Shown here: one piece after another, positions 29,182 to 38,816 of the stretch
How positions within the stretch are numbered: the stretch's first letter is position 1
Layout: the number at the start of each line of letters is the position of its first letter
Assembly: GCA_965242525.1 (NCBI GenBank)
Contig: OZ251459.1
Coordinates: forward strand, 1,824,001-1,888,000
Reading direction: 5' to 3'
Length of the DNA: 64,000 nt
From: an uncultured Candidatus Binatia bacterium
GTDB taxonomy: Bacteria; Desulfobacterota; Binatia; UBA9968; JAJDTQ01
Position numbers and translations under genes: made by a program
Notes under the pieces: model-generated
Told to the model about the DNA's origin: nothing
Databases searched by the model: none
What the model saw: only the letters and a program-made list of their open reading frames with translations

Positions 29182-30063
29182 ATGAGCGTTAACCCGGATA
29201 ATGAAACATCTGGTATGACAGAGTATGAGCGCCAGAGGATCACTTTAAGGGAAAGGAAGGTGACGAGAAAAATCAAATCGATTGCATATCTGCTTTGGTT
29301 CTTTCTTGGGTGGTTAATGATTCATAGGATGTATCTCGGACATTTTAAGAGTGCGACGCTCTGGTGTGTGATGTTCATTGCCGGTGCAGTGATGTTCTTT
29401 ATCGAGGTATTGTTTCAGCCTTTGCCCGACCTCCTCCGGATCGTAGTTCTGCTTTTGTGGCTTGCTTGTCTAGCGAGATGGATTGTTGACTTGTTTCGTA
29501 CTCCGGGGATGGCCCGGAACAAGATCCAGATTGCCCGGAACAAGGTTCAAGCAGAGGAAGAGCGGCGCATTTGGGAAGAGAAAGAAGAGGCATTGCGACA
29601 CAGGCTCCAAGCAGAAGAAGAACACCGCATATGGGGAGAGAAGGAAGAGGCCTTGCGACACAAAGTTCAAGCAGAGGAAGAGCAGCGCATCCGGGAAGAG
29701 CAGGAAGAGGCGTTGCGACGGGAGAAAGAGGCCAGCGAGAGGGAACGCGAGCCAGAGAATAAAACCCGAGAGTTGCGGATGAGCGTTACGAACCCGAATA
29801 ATGAAACCTCTGGTATGACAGAGCATGAACGCATGGAGGGCATGCTAAGGAACATGTGGACAAATATCTGGAAGGGGGCGCTTGGGATTGTCATATTGCT
29901 TCTGTTGGTTGTTGTGATACTCTACCGCAGTGATTGGGGACAGGTGCATAGTCATTGCAAGTCTGCGTCATTCAACCCGATCTTTTTCGGATCTAGCTCA
30001 CTCTCGGACATCTACAAAAGATGCATGAGAGCGAATGATTACCCCATCTTCCCTCTACCTTGA
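29182..30063 (+). CDS. TM2-domain membrane protein with 20-aa charged repeats and a duplicated N-terminus
   Basis: AYLLWFFLGWL.IHRMYLG (TM2), W.VDLF..P; GGAGG RBS; lower GC than the flanks. Confidence 0.75.
   Translation: MSVNPDNETSGMTEYERQRITLRERKVTRKIKSIAYLLWFFLGWLMIHRMYLGHFKSATLWCVMFIAGAVMFFIEVLFQPLPDLLRIVVLLLWLACLARWIVDLFRTPGMARNKIQIARNKVQAEEERRIWEEKEEALRHRLQAEEEHRIWGEKEEALRHKVQAEEEQRIREEQEEALRREKEASEREREPENKTRELRMSVTNPNNETSGMTEHERMEGMLRNMWTNIWKGALGIVILLLLVVVILYRSDWGQVHSHCKSASFNPIFFGSSSLSDIYKRCMRANDYPIFPLP
29542..29721 (+). repeat. 3 x 60-bp imperfect tandem repeat
   Basis: Units encode (K/R)(V/L)QAEEExRI(W/R)xExEEALR(H/R). Confidence 0.85.
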
Positions 30064-30166
30064 CCCTTTGTGGTTGTAGTAGGTAGTAGAGCTTCAAGCC
30101 TGAATAACCAGATGGGGGTTGAAATGAAAGGGTTGCTCGCGCTGTCGTTGATGGTGGCGTTGCTGG

Positions 30167-30356
30167 CTATAGGGCCAACTCCTCCAGAAACTTCCCCTTC
30201 CGCGTCTGCTTGTCGTACTTCTCGAAAATTCGCCGCGCCAACACCTGCTGTTTCATGCCCCCTGCCTCCAGGTCTCTGTAATCCTCCTATCCTACCTCTT
30301 GTTTTCTCTTTTCGCTACCTTTATCCTCTTGGGATAAGGAATAAATCAGAGGTTCC
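30167..30356 (-). mobile_element. IS5-family remnant: left end plus first 29 codons of the transposase
   Basis: Left end GGAACCTCTGATTTAT at 30356; ATG 30256 gives MKQQVLARRIFEKYDKQTRKGKFLEELAL*, resembling IS5 transposase N-termini (K.TR...FL.EM). Confidence 0.75.
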
Positions 30357-30406
30357 TATTAGCATTAACTCTATACAGAGTCACTAACGAGTGAAAGGAG
30401 TTCATC

Positions 30407-30715
30407 ATGGAAAAGAATACGAAGATCACGTTGGTTCTCAAAGACGGAAGCAATCTCACATTTGAGGCGCTTCGTCGCGAGGAGATGATTGAGGGGGAAC
30501 ATCACGATACCATGTACACGATTGAGAAAAAGATCGAGACGGAGATCCTGAATCAAGTGATGGTCTTGCGGGACGCAGAATATCCTGATGTAGAGCAAAA
30601 AATCCTCAATTTTGCGGAAGTCGATTCTGCAATCCGAGCCAATGGGGTTGCAACCTGGATTACGACCGACATCGAGAGTGGGAAGCTGGGATCGTCTAGG
30701 AGCAGGTCCAAGTAG
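30407..30715 (+). CDS. Hypothetical protein (102 aa)
   Basis: AAAGGAG RBS, low-GC ORF with protein-like composition; no recognised motif. Confidence 0.65.
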   Translation: MEKNTKITLVLKDGSNLTFEALRREEMIEGEHHDTMYTIEKKIETEILNQVMVLRDAEYPDVEQKILNFAEVDSAIRANGVATWITTDIESGKLGSSRSRSK

Positions 30716-30758
30716 GAGAATCGCGACGAGAAGCAGACAAATTCCGGGCGGATTCCAA

Positions 30759-30891
30759 GGAACCTCTGAAAATCGAGACAAAGAGCATGAGCGCACCCTT
30801 CGACTCCGCTTCGCTACACTCAGGACAACGGGGATAAGAGGGGTCAGGATGAGGAAACCCATCCTGGATGTCTCGATTGTTCAGAGGTTCT
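30759..30891. mobile_element. MITE copy (reverse orientation)
   Basis: GGAACCTCTGAAAATCG...CGATTGTTCAGAGGTTCT with internal ccttcgactccgcttcgctacactcaggac. Confidence 0.8.
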
Positions 30892-30980
30892 CATAGCAAA
30901 TCGAGAAGTGGCCGATCTGCTTTTCGCAGCAAATCGACCCTTCGTGCGGGCTCGGCGTCCCAAGGTCATCTTCCCGCGGC

Positions 30981-31012
30981 AAAAGCCCCCGTCTTCGGAT
31001 GGGGGCTTTTTT
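30981..31012. terminator. Intrinsic (probably bidirectional) terminator
   Basis: aaaa-gcccccgtc-ttcg-gatgggggc-tttttt. Confidence 0.8.
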
Positions 31013-31105
31013 GTCGAACCCGGTCTCTGCAGCGGCCTGCGGAACCGGATCGTCGGGCGGGACGGAATCCCGGAACCGGGCACAGCGGAGACGGCCGGGG
31101 TCGGG

Positions 31106-31936
31106 TTACGCCGCCCCGTGGGCCAGGATTCCGTAAGCGTACAACCCCGCCAGCTTGGCGAGCGCCGACGCGCCGCCGGGGACCGCCCTTTGGCCAACTT
31201 CCCACAGGTTGCCGGACTCGGCCACCTTCAGGCCGGTGCGTTCAGCCAATGCCTCGAGATCGTCGAAACCCGTCAACCACTTCACGTTCAAGGTCTTCTC
31301 GAACATGTCGGTGACCGCGGTGACCTCGTCGTTGCCGGAGGTCCGGTCGATGACCTGCCTGGAGAAATAGTCGAAGGCGATCTTGAACGAAGGGACCCTG
31401 CCGCGCAATCCACTGAGGAAGCCGTGGATCAGGTCTTCCGGCAGGTACATGGTATTGCCTTCCCAGACGAACAGGACCGTGGCGTCGAGGTCGAACCCCA
31501 CTTCCGCCAGCTTCCCGGGCAGATCCACCTCCAGGTAGTTGCACGGAACCGCGGCGCAAGGGGTCAAGCCGCGGCCTTGGAGGACCTTGCTCTTGAAGGC
31601 CAGCACCGCGGGTTGATCCACGTCACAGAAGCGAACCCCTTCGGCCTGGAACATCAGCGCTCGCATGTCGAACCCGGCGCCGAGGACCACCACCTGCCGC
31701 ACGCCGTTGTCGATCTCGCGCCGAACGATGTCGTCGAACAGGAAGGAGCGGTAACGGATCAACTCCATCCCGTCCGGGAGCACCGCAAACACCTTGCGGA
31801 CCTGTTCCCTTACTTGGTCCGTGACGAAGAACTCCGCGTAGGGGTCCTCGAACAGGGGATGTTCCTGGCTCTTTTCCTTCTCCCGAATGCCTGCGATGAA
31901 GAACGCGGTTGCGCCGACTTCGTTGATGTCCGACAT
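31106..31936 (-). CDS. SAM-dependent methyltransferase (leucine carboxyl MTase / TIGR00027-like)
   Basis: TAF..A..R, LFEDPYA, QVVVLGAGFDMRA, DVDQP, WEG..MYL. Confidence 0.85.
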   Translation of the reverse strand: MSDINEVGATAFFIAGIREKEKSQEHPLFEDPYAEFFVTDQVREQVRKVFAVLPDGMELIRYRSFLFDDIVRREIDNGVRQVVVLGAGFDMRALMFQAEGVRFCDVDQPAVLAFKSKVLQGRGLTPCAAVPCNYLEVDLPGKLAEVGFDLDATVLFVWEGNTMYLPEDLIHGFLSGLRGRVPSFKIAFDYFSRQVIDRTSGNDEVTAVTDMFEKTLNVKWLTGFDDLEALAERTGLKVAESGNLWEVGQRAVPGGASALAKLAGLYAYGILAHGAA

Positions 31937-32104
31937 GACGATCCCTCCTCCAATACACCCGCGAACGACGGTTGCGACGAAAACACCTACCGCAAACCAC
32001 CCTGCACATCGATCCAGTAAGACGCTGAATCATTCACTTCAATGCTGTTCACTTCCTGTCTTCGAGGTCAAAAACTCAAAGTAGTAGACAAGGTAGGCGA
32101 GACC

Positions 32105-32680
32105 TCAAGACTTGCCTACCAATCGAAGAAATGGCAAGATTCGGTTAGCAGGAGAAGAAATCTTGAGCGGATCTTCCGGCTTATCGTGCAGTTTCGATTC
32201 ATGTGATGGCTTAGTCCCATGTTTCTTCTGTATGACATTCGTAATGCAGACAAAACGCTGCCTATAGCGTCCTATGTCGAGAAACTCGTCGTCCTGCCAA
32301 AACTTACGACCTACCGACCGGCAGTATGCCAGAAGACATTCCGCCCCTTGCAACTGTTGCTTAACTTCCTTAGCGGAGTGGACTATTCCGCCCTTCATCT
32401 CGATATAAACGATCCACTTTTTGGCTTCGGTAATCAAGACATAATCGGCACGCTTGCACTCCCCCTTATCATTCTTGAAGAACCCCTTAGGAGAGGGAAA
32501 TTGGTCCGCCTTGATGGCGATGAGATCATCTGGAACGTTGGACAGCGTTATGGAGTAACCCCCTTCTTGTCCACCGTCAGACTCTTTAAGGAGCACGCAT
32601 GGTTTGGAGTAAGGACCCTTTTTCGAGATCGGTTCCATCTGATTGATCAACTCATGTAATGTAGTCAAATCGGACATCAC
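32105..32680 (-). CDS. Hypothetical protein with a PD-(D/E)XK nuclease-like motif
   Basis: CKRADYVLI...IVYIEMKG...QQL; start overlaps the ATPase stop (GTGATG); low GC. Confidence 0.7.
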   Translation of the reverse strand: MMSDLTTLHELINQMEPISKKGPYSKPCVLLKESDGGQEGGYSITLSNVPDDLIAIKADQFPSPKGFFKNDKGECKRADYVLITEAKKWIVYIEMKGGIVHSAKEVKQQLQGAECLLAYCRSVGRKFWQDDEFLDIGRYRQRFVCITNVIQKKHGTKPSHESKLHDKPEDPLKISSPANRILPFLRLVGKS

Positions 32681-34089
32681 TCACCTTCTCTCCACAGGAT
32701 GGCGTCCTGAATCTCGTTCATCTTGTTGATGGTTTCGTCAAAACTGCGTACTTCGATGCCTAACTCAGGATTGATGTCCGCTTTAGTCAGGGTCTGGCAG
32801 CGGCTCTTTCGTCGGTTGCCATCCAACTGGACAAGAGATTCTTCCGCAATATAGACCTTGACCTTTTCAGGGGCGAGAAGCTCCGATGACTCGTATCCTT
32901 CGCGTTCGGCAATCCGCTTCAGGTACGGCTCATCGTGGTTTAGCATGATGAGGGTATTCAGTTCCTTGACGATGTAATCACTGTGTGTAGTCAGGAAAAC
33001 CTTGACCCCAAGGTTCACGAGTCGCGCAAAGAGCCGTGCAACGCGGCGCTGGTTTTCAGGGTGGAGGTTCAGTTCCGGCTCATCTACAATCAACAGGTCG
33101 CCGACCTTGACGACGTGAGGCAGATAAAATCCAAGATCAAGCAAAGACCGTACACTACTGGAGCTCTCATGCATATCTAGCCGGACTCGTTTATTCTTCG
33201 GTACAAAATACAGCTCGTCGTTGCGAGTTACTCGGTATGTGCCACCGACAACGTTGTCGAACCACTCCAGTACTCCAGGATGGTCGTCGGCCAAAAAGCT
33301 AGTATCCTTGGCAACATTTTCGAGCCGGCGGACAAAATCCACGTTGTTTTCGACAGGCAATGCATAGTCTTGATAAGACTTGTATAATAGTTCTCGTGGA
33401 TCCAGGTTCTTGTCTGCCTGGCTCATCTCTTTCAGTAAACGATTGTGTGCAAAATTCAATTCTTTGCGAAATATGGCTGCACCAGTTCGTTCAGCGCTGG
33501 AGATAAACGTATCAGGAAAAGACTGACCGAAGATGATTTCGTCGATAGCGTGAGTGATCTGTGATTGTATAATGAAATCAGAGATCTTGATCCCCTGCTT
33601 TTCTACCAGCAGAGAAATCCTGAGTTCCATGCTTCCCTTAGCCGTGTAGATGGAGAAAGTTTCGCGGTTTCGCGTACCATGGCTCTCCTCCATGGATTTG
33701 GACTTTACCGATTCGGATAATGCGTCTCGATCCAGAGATACCCGAAACCTAGTGTCTCGAAACCTTTCCCTGTGTGCGGCAAAAACCTTGGACAACTGGA
33801 CAGTATACCGATCGCACATATGGTCAAGAGCAGCCTCCGCCTTCTGAACGTATTCCGTCAGGTCAATAGCGGTCACGCCATCGTTCATAAGTTCTTCAAT
33901 TGACCGTTTCGGAAGCTGCCGTCCTCGTCGCATTGGACCTCGGTAGTTCCGCCAAGTCTTCAGAAAACCATACAGAGCATATGTTGCGTACGTCTTGCCA
34001 CTGTTATTACCGCCACAGATAATGGTCAAATCGCCCAAGTCGAACTCGGCCTGTCGCAGTACTCCGAGGTTCTTGACCGTTATTTTCAT
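32677..34089 (-). CDS. AAA_15/AAA_21-type ABC-superfamily ATPase
   Basis: ITVKNLG..., Walker A GGNNSGKT, SAERTG, degenerate signature ESSSS, Walker B LIVDEPELNLHP, H-loop TTHSDY. Confidence 0.88.
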   Translation of the reverse strand: MKITVKNLGVLRQAEFDLGDLTIICGGNNSGKTYATYALYGFLKTWRNYRGPMRRGRQLPKRSIEELMNDGVTAIDLTEYVQKAEAALDHMCDRYTVQLSKVFAAHRERFRDTRFRVSLDRDALSESVKSKSMEESHGTRNRETFSIYTAKGSMELRISLLVEKQGIKISDFIIQSQITHAIDEIIFGQSFPDTFISSAERTGAAIFRKELNFAHNRLLKEMSQADKNLDPRELLYKSYQDYALPVENNVDFVRRLENVAKDTSFLADDHPGVLEWFDNVVGGTYRVTRNDELYFVPKNKRVRLDMHESSSSVRSLLDLGFYLPHVVKVGDLLIVDEPELNLHPENQRRVARLFARLVNLGVKVFLTTHSDYIVKELNTLIMLNHDEPYLKRIAEREGYESSELLAPEKVKVYIAEESLVQLDGNRRKSRCQTLTKADINPELGIEVRSFDETINKMNEIQDAILWREGE

Positions 34090-34276
34090 TGGATACCTCC
34101 TAGCCGTTATGAATCCCGCATCGGAAACGTTTCATCCCTTCTCCCGCTCTTGCCTTCCGTCCAAGAATCGAAATCCTCCCCACACCCGCCACCCCACAAG
34201 CAAAGGGAAGAGATTTTGCTCCAGGTACCCATCCATATACCACAGAAACCCGCCGACACCACCCGCTCCCGTATGG

Positions 34277-35434
34277 TCAGATGGGCGGGCGGCTGTCCTC
34301 CCCGTACCCCGTCAACTCCACGTATCCCTGCCCGATGGGCTCTCCGTTCCCGGACTCGATGCGGACGGAGCCTTCCCAATAGAAGAGGTTGGGGATCAGC
34401 GCGCTCCGGTTCTCCTGGTCGGCGAGCCTGGGGGTAATGACCGCGCGGATGCCGGCCCCGGGGACGTCCAGGGTCCACCCCGCGGGATAGGCTGCGCCGG
34501 TGACGGGACTCGTCCATTCCCCGGTGGCCTGCAACTCCCACTCGCCGGGGCGCAGGTAGCGGACGGCTCCCACGGCGTCCACCAGGGTAGCGCCGGCGTA
34601 GTAGGCGCCGCGGTTGCGGTCGCGGAGCACGTAGAGCATCAATTCGCGCCTGTCGTCGAATTGCAGGCTGAACCAGTCCCAACCTACGGTATCCTTGCCG
34701 AGCTGGTTGGAGCCGAACTCCTTGTCCATCCAGCTCACCCCGGCCACCGCAAGCTCCCGGCCGTCCACGCGGACCGTGCCGGAAGTGGCCATGCGCGTGT
34801 AGCTGTAGTAATGGCTCGCCTCGGTGGCGCCCTCCCCTTTCCGGCTCAGGCCGCCGGGTCCCTGGAACACCACGGGCTTCAGGGGACGGGTGGAGAGTTC
34901 GAAACCGAAGGATTTCCCGGCGTCCGCCATGGCGGCGTCGAAGCCGTTGCCGTTCCAGCGGAGACGCCACGGCTCCGACGTGCCCGGAGGCCCCACGCTC
35001 CATACGAGCCGGGAGTCCGGGAGGCGGCCGAAGCCGGCCAGGAACGGCGCCGCGCGCACCACCACTTCGCTGAACCGGTGGCGACCGGTGTCGAGGTCGG
35101 TCAACGCGGCGTGGCCCATGACCACGTCCTTGGCGGCCCAGGACGAGTCGGCCTTGGGCGCGCTTGGCGAAACCCCGATGCGGAAGAAGGTGAACTGGTA
35201 GCCGAACCGCCGCACAGGCTCCTCTGCGGTGCGGAGATGTCCGGTGAAGTACCACCACTCCGTCTTGTAGCCGTGCCGGGCCCAGTGGTCCTGCGGAAAC
35301 GACCACTCGTAACCCGGTCGAGCCGGGATCCATGCGCCCCCCGCGGACCCCGACGCCCCCGCCAGGAGACACGCAGCCAGCAGGAGACCCACGAGCAGCC
35401 GGAATTGTTCCGGGTTTCCCTCATGCATCCGCAT
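34277..35434 (-). CDS. AttH/CrtC-like lipocalin-fold protein
   Basis: FPQDH..H..YKTEWWYFTG, FGYQFTFFR, SHYYSYTR, WMDKEF, GWDWFSLQ, YWEG, GYVELTGY. Confidence 0.88.
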   Translation of the reverse strand: MRMHEGNPEQFRLLVGLLLAACLLAGASGSAGGAWIPARPGYEWSFPQDHWARHGYKTEWWYFTGHLRTAEEPVRRFGYQFTFFRIGVSPSAPKADSSWAAKDVVMGHAALTDLDTGRHRFSEVVVRAAPFLAGFGRLPDSRLVWSVGPPGTSEPWRLRWNGNGFDAAMADAGKSFGFELSTRPLKPVVFQGPGGLSRKGEGATEASHYYSYTRMATSGTVRVDGRELAVAGVSWMDKEFGSNQLGKDTVGWDWFSLQFDDRRELMLYVLRDRNRGAYYAGATLVDAVGAVRYLRPGEWELQATGEWTSPVTGAAYPAGWTLDVPGAGIRAVITPRLADQENRSALIPNLFYWEGSVRIESGNGEPIGQGYVELTGYGEDSRPPI

Positions 35435-37943
35435 GACACAACTCGTTGGCCGGCGTGCGGCTGGCCCGGAAGGCCGGGTAGAGGCTCGCCAGCACCGCCG
35501 CGGACAGGATGGCCAGGGCTTGCCCGGCAAGCGCACCCAAAGGCCATGTCCACTCGATGCTCCAGCCGAAATAGCTCTTCTGGATGACGAAGATCAGCAC
35601 TGCGCCGAGACCGACGCCAGCGGCCAAGCCCAGGGCCAGGCCCATGAACGCCAAGGCCGTCCCCTTGCCCACGAACAGCCGGAAGACCTGGGTGCGGAAC
35701 GCACCCAGGGTGCGGTACAACGCGATCTCGCCGGCCTTCTCCTGGGCCACCACCAGCAGCGTCAGGGTGATGGCGCAGGCCGCGATGACCAGGCTCATGA
35801 CCTGGAGGATGCGCGTCACCGCGAACGTCTGGTCGAATACGTGGAGCACCTCCTCCTTGAGCCGCGGGTTGCTGCGCACCCGAAGGGAGCCGTGCGGATG
35901 GCGGCTCTCGATGCCGGCCGCCACCGCCTCCGCCTCGGCCCCGGGCCGCAGGTGGAGCGCGACGCTGGTGAGGCGCCCGGGCCCGAGCGCGGCCGCCATG
36001 AGGGACCTGTCCATGGTCACCGATCCGCCCTCGGTGTAGTCGCGATAGACCCCCGACACGGGCAGCCGCACCAACCCCTCCGGCCCTTCGATCTCCACCT
36101 CGTCCCCCGCCTCCAGGGAAAGGCTCCGGGACAACGGCTCGCCGATGAGCACCCCCCGATCCCGGACCGCGCGCCCCGCGGCCCCGCGGCCCGAAAGGAG
36201 CGCCAGGCGCCGCCGTTCCGCGGGAAGGTTCAGGTCCACCCCCACCACCGCCACGCGCCGACCGCCCACCCGCAGGAAGAGGCGGCGCAGAGGATCGACG
36301 CCCTCCACCTCGGGCAGGGCCGCCAAACGCTCCACGAGCTGCGCGCTCAGGGTAGCACCGGGCGCGGGCCGCGCCCCGGCGGTGGCGGTGACATAGACGT
36401 CCGCGCGCAACGACCGGTCCACCCAGCGCACCAGGGTCTCGCGAAAGCTCTCCACCAGCAGCGTGATGCCCACCAGCAGGCACACGGCCATGGCAAGGGA
36501 CGACACCGAGAACGACGTGTTGGCCAGGGTCGCCCCCAGGCTGCGGACGCCGTACCGCAAACCGAAGTCCGAGACCCTCACCCGGCCGCTCAAGCGCTGC
36601 ACCAGCCGGGGCGCCAGCAGCGGGAGGCAAAGCAACAGGACGGTGGCGAGGAGGAAACCCGCGGGACGCCAGCGCCAACCCGCGAGCCAGTACCAAGCCA
36701 GGACGCCGGCCACCAAGCCGAGGCCGAGACGGAAGAGGTTGCGGACCCCGGCGATACCCGCGGACCGGGTCGGGAAGTTGTCCAGCAGCGCCCGGGTGTC
36801 CCGGCACCACACGCTCAGGGCCGGCGGCAACGTGCCGCTCAGGGCGCCGCCCATGCCTGCCAGCACCGCCAGGGCGAGGGTGCCGGCCGACACCTCCAGG
36901 GACTCGATCTCCCGGAGCATATAGACGTTGGTCAGGGTGGAGCTCACTGCGTCCAGGTTCCACACCGCGGTCCAGTAGCCTGCGAATATCCCCACGGCCA
37001 CACCCATGACCCCCAGCAACGCCGCCTCTCCGAGGATGAGCGCCAATACCTGGGCCGGGGTGGATCCCAGCGACCGCAACAACCCGAACTCCCGCCGTTG
37101 CCACACTAGGCAGGCGCGCATGCTGCTGAACACCAGGAACGTCCCCACCAGGAGGCTGACCATGCTCAGGGCGGTCAGGTTCAGGCGGAACGCCCCGAGG
37201 AGTTGCCAGGCCTGGCCGGCCCGTTCCGACGGGGTCGCCGCCTCCGCGCCGCGGTCGAGCCTGCGTTCGAGCCGGGCCGCCAGCGCCGCCGGCTCGGTCC
37301 CCGGAGCGGCCTCCACGCCGATGCGGTGCAGGGTCCCGGAACCGCCGAACAGGGACTGGGCTTCGGCGATGTCCATCACCAGCGCCCTGCGGCTCCCGGA
37401 CGCCCCCCAGCGCCGCATGTCGATGAACGCCCCCACCCGGAGCACGGCCGCGTGGGCGCCGGCGCGGGCCTCGAAACGGTCTCCCGCGGACCATCCCATG
37501 GCCGCGGCCAACTCCGGGGTGACTGCCGCCCAGCCCGGCCCGCCCACGGCCTCCGCATCCGGCGCGAGTCCCGAGAGCGCGTCGCGGAAGTCCCGGGCGG
37601 GCGCCAGGAGATCGACCCCCAGCAACCGGACGAAAACGTCCGGCCGTCCCTGCACCGACACCGCGGTCTCGAACACGGGCCAAGCCGCGCTGACCCCGGA
37701 CGCGGCTCGAACGAGGGCGAAGGCGCGATCCGGCAGGGTCCCGCCCTTGCCGGTGATCACCACGTCCGCGGCGCCGCCGATGGTGTGGATCCCCGCGGCG
37801 AACGACGCGACGGCGCTCTGGTTGAGGATGCGGATGCTGATGACCGAGGCCACGCCCAGAGCCACGCCCAGGACGGTCAAGCCGTAGAGCACCGGGTTCG
37901 TGCGCCAATGCGCGGACACGGTCCTGTAGAAGTAGCGGGCCAT
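35421..37943 (-). CDS. ABC transporter permease, double FtsX/MacB type (AttFG-like)
   Basis: GVALGVA, AFRLNLTALS, RSLG, FDQTFAVT, FGWSI. Confidence 0.88.
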   Translation of the reverse strand: MARYFYRTVSAHWRTNPVLYGLTVLGVALGVASVISIRILNQSAVASFAAGIHTIGGAADVVITGKGGTLPDRAFALVRAASGVSAAWPVFETAVSVQGRPDVFVRLLGVDLLAPARDFRDALSGLAPDAEAVGGPGWAAVTPELAAAMGWSAGDRFEARAGAHAAVLRVGAFIDMRRWGASGSRRALVMDIAEAQSLFGGSGTLHRIGVEAAPGTEPAALAARLERRLDRGAEAATPSERAGQAWQLLGAFRLNLTALSMVSLLVGTFLVFSSMRACLVWQRREFGLLRSLGSTPAQVLALILGEAALLGVMGVAVGIFAGYWTAVWNLDAVSSTLTNVYMLREIESLEVSAGTLALAVLAGMGGALSGTLPPALSVWCRDTRALLDNFPTRSAGIAGVRNLFRLGLGLVAGVLAWYWLAGWRWRPAGFLLATVLLLCLPLLAPRLVQRLSGRVRVSDFGLRYGVRSLGATLANTSFSVSSLAMAVCLLVGITLLVESFRETLVRWVDRSLRADVYVTATAGARPAPGATLSAQLVERLAALPEVEGVDPLRRLFLRVGGRRVAVVGVDLNLPAERRRLALLSGRGAAGRAVRDRGVLIGEPLSRSLSLEAGDEVEIEGPEGLVRLPVSGVYRDYTEGGSVTMDRSLMAAALGPGRLTSVALHLRPGAEAEAVAAGIESRHPHGSLRVRSNPRLKEEVLHVFDQTFAVTRILQVMSLVIAACAITLTLLVVAQEKAGEIALYRTLGAFRTQVFRLFVGKGTALAFMGLALGLAAGVGLGAVLIFVIQKSYFGWSIEWTWPLGALAGQALAILSAAVLASLYPAFRASRTPANELCHADA

Positions 37944-37953
37944 GCTCCCGGGG

Positions 37954-38652
37954 TCACGCCGGTGCGCGGGAGCCCGGCTCGAGGATCCCGCTGTGGAGCC
38001 GCAGGACGCCGTCGGCCATGGCCGCGAGCTCCCGGCTGTGGGTGGCATAGACGAGCGTCGCGCCTTCCTCCGCCACCATCCGGCGCATGAGGTCCATCAC
38101 CACTTGGCCGCTGGCGTCGTCCAGGCTGCCGGTGGGCTCGTCCGCCAGCAACAGGCGGGGCCGCCGCAGCAACGCGCGGCAGATGGCCACCCGCTGCATC
38201 TCGCCGCCGCTCAGCCCGGCCACCCGATGGTCCGCCCGCTCCTCCAGGCCCACCCTCTCCAGCAACGCGGCCACGCGGGAGCGGAAGGAGCGCTCCCGGG
38301 CGCCCGCGATGAGCTCCGGCAGGGCCACGTTGTCCCGCACCGTCAGGTGGGGAAGCAGGTGGAACAGTTGGAACACGAAACCGACCTCGCGGCGCCGAAG
38401 CCGGGTGCGGCCGGTCTCGCTGAGACCTTCGAGGGGCGTGCCGCGCACCGCCACCGACCCCGCGGAGGGCGTGTCGATGCCCGCGGCCAAGTGCAGCAGC
38501 GTCGATTTGCCGCTGCCGCTGCGGCCCACGATGGCCACGGTGCTGCCGGAGCCGATCTCGAAAGAGACGTCGCGCAGCGCGTAGCGCTCCGCGGACCCCG
38601 AGCCGGCGTACACCTTCGACACGTTGACGAACGCAAGCGCGGCCTGAGCCAT
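37954..38652 (-). CDS. ABC transporter ATP-binding protein (LolD/AttE-like)
   Basis: GRSGSGKST, GFVFQ, LSGGEMQRVAI, LADEPTG, ATH. Confidence 0.93.
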   Translation of the reverse strand: MAQAALAFVNVSKVYAGSGSAERYALRDVSFEIGSGSTVAIVGRSGSGKSTLLHLAAGIDTPSAGSVAVRGTPLEGLSETGRTRLRRREVGFVFQLFHLLPHLTVRDNVALPELIAGARERSFRSRVAALLERVGLEERADHRVAGLSGGEMQRVAICRALLRRPRLLLADEPTGSLDDASGQVVMDLMRRMVAEEGATLVYATHSRELAAMADGVLRLHSGILEPGSRAPA

Positions 38653-38816
38653 TGACACTCGGACTGCCGAAAGGCGCGAGTTATCGGGACCCGTCAACAC
38701 CCATCATAGTGGGTTCCTGCTCACTCGGAAAGGTTCCTGGTTCCGGTTCTGCCTTGAGCTTGATTTCGCAGGCGATGGCTGACGACCGATACTCACCCGA
38801 TTCGATCCCCGGGTTC

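Noticed and set aside
29182-29830. Diversity-generating retroelement TR/VR explanation for the duplicated segments
   Set aside because: No reverse transcriptase in the window and the mismatches are not adenine-specific.
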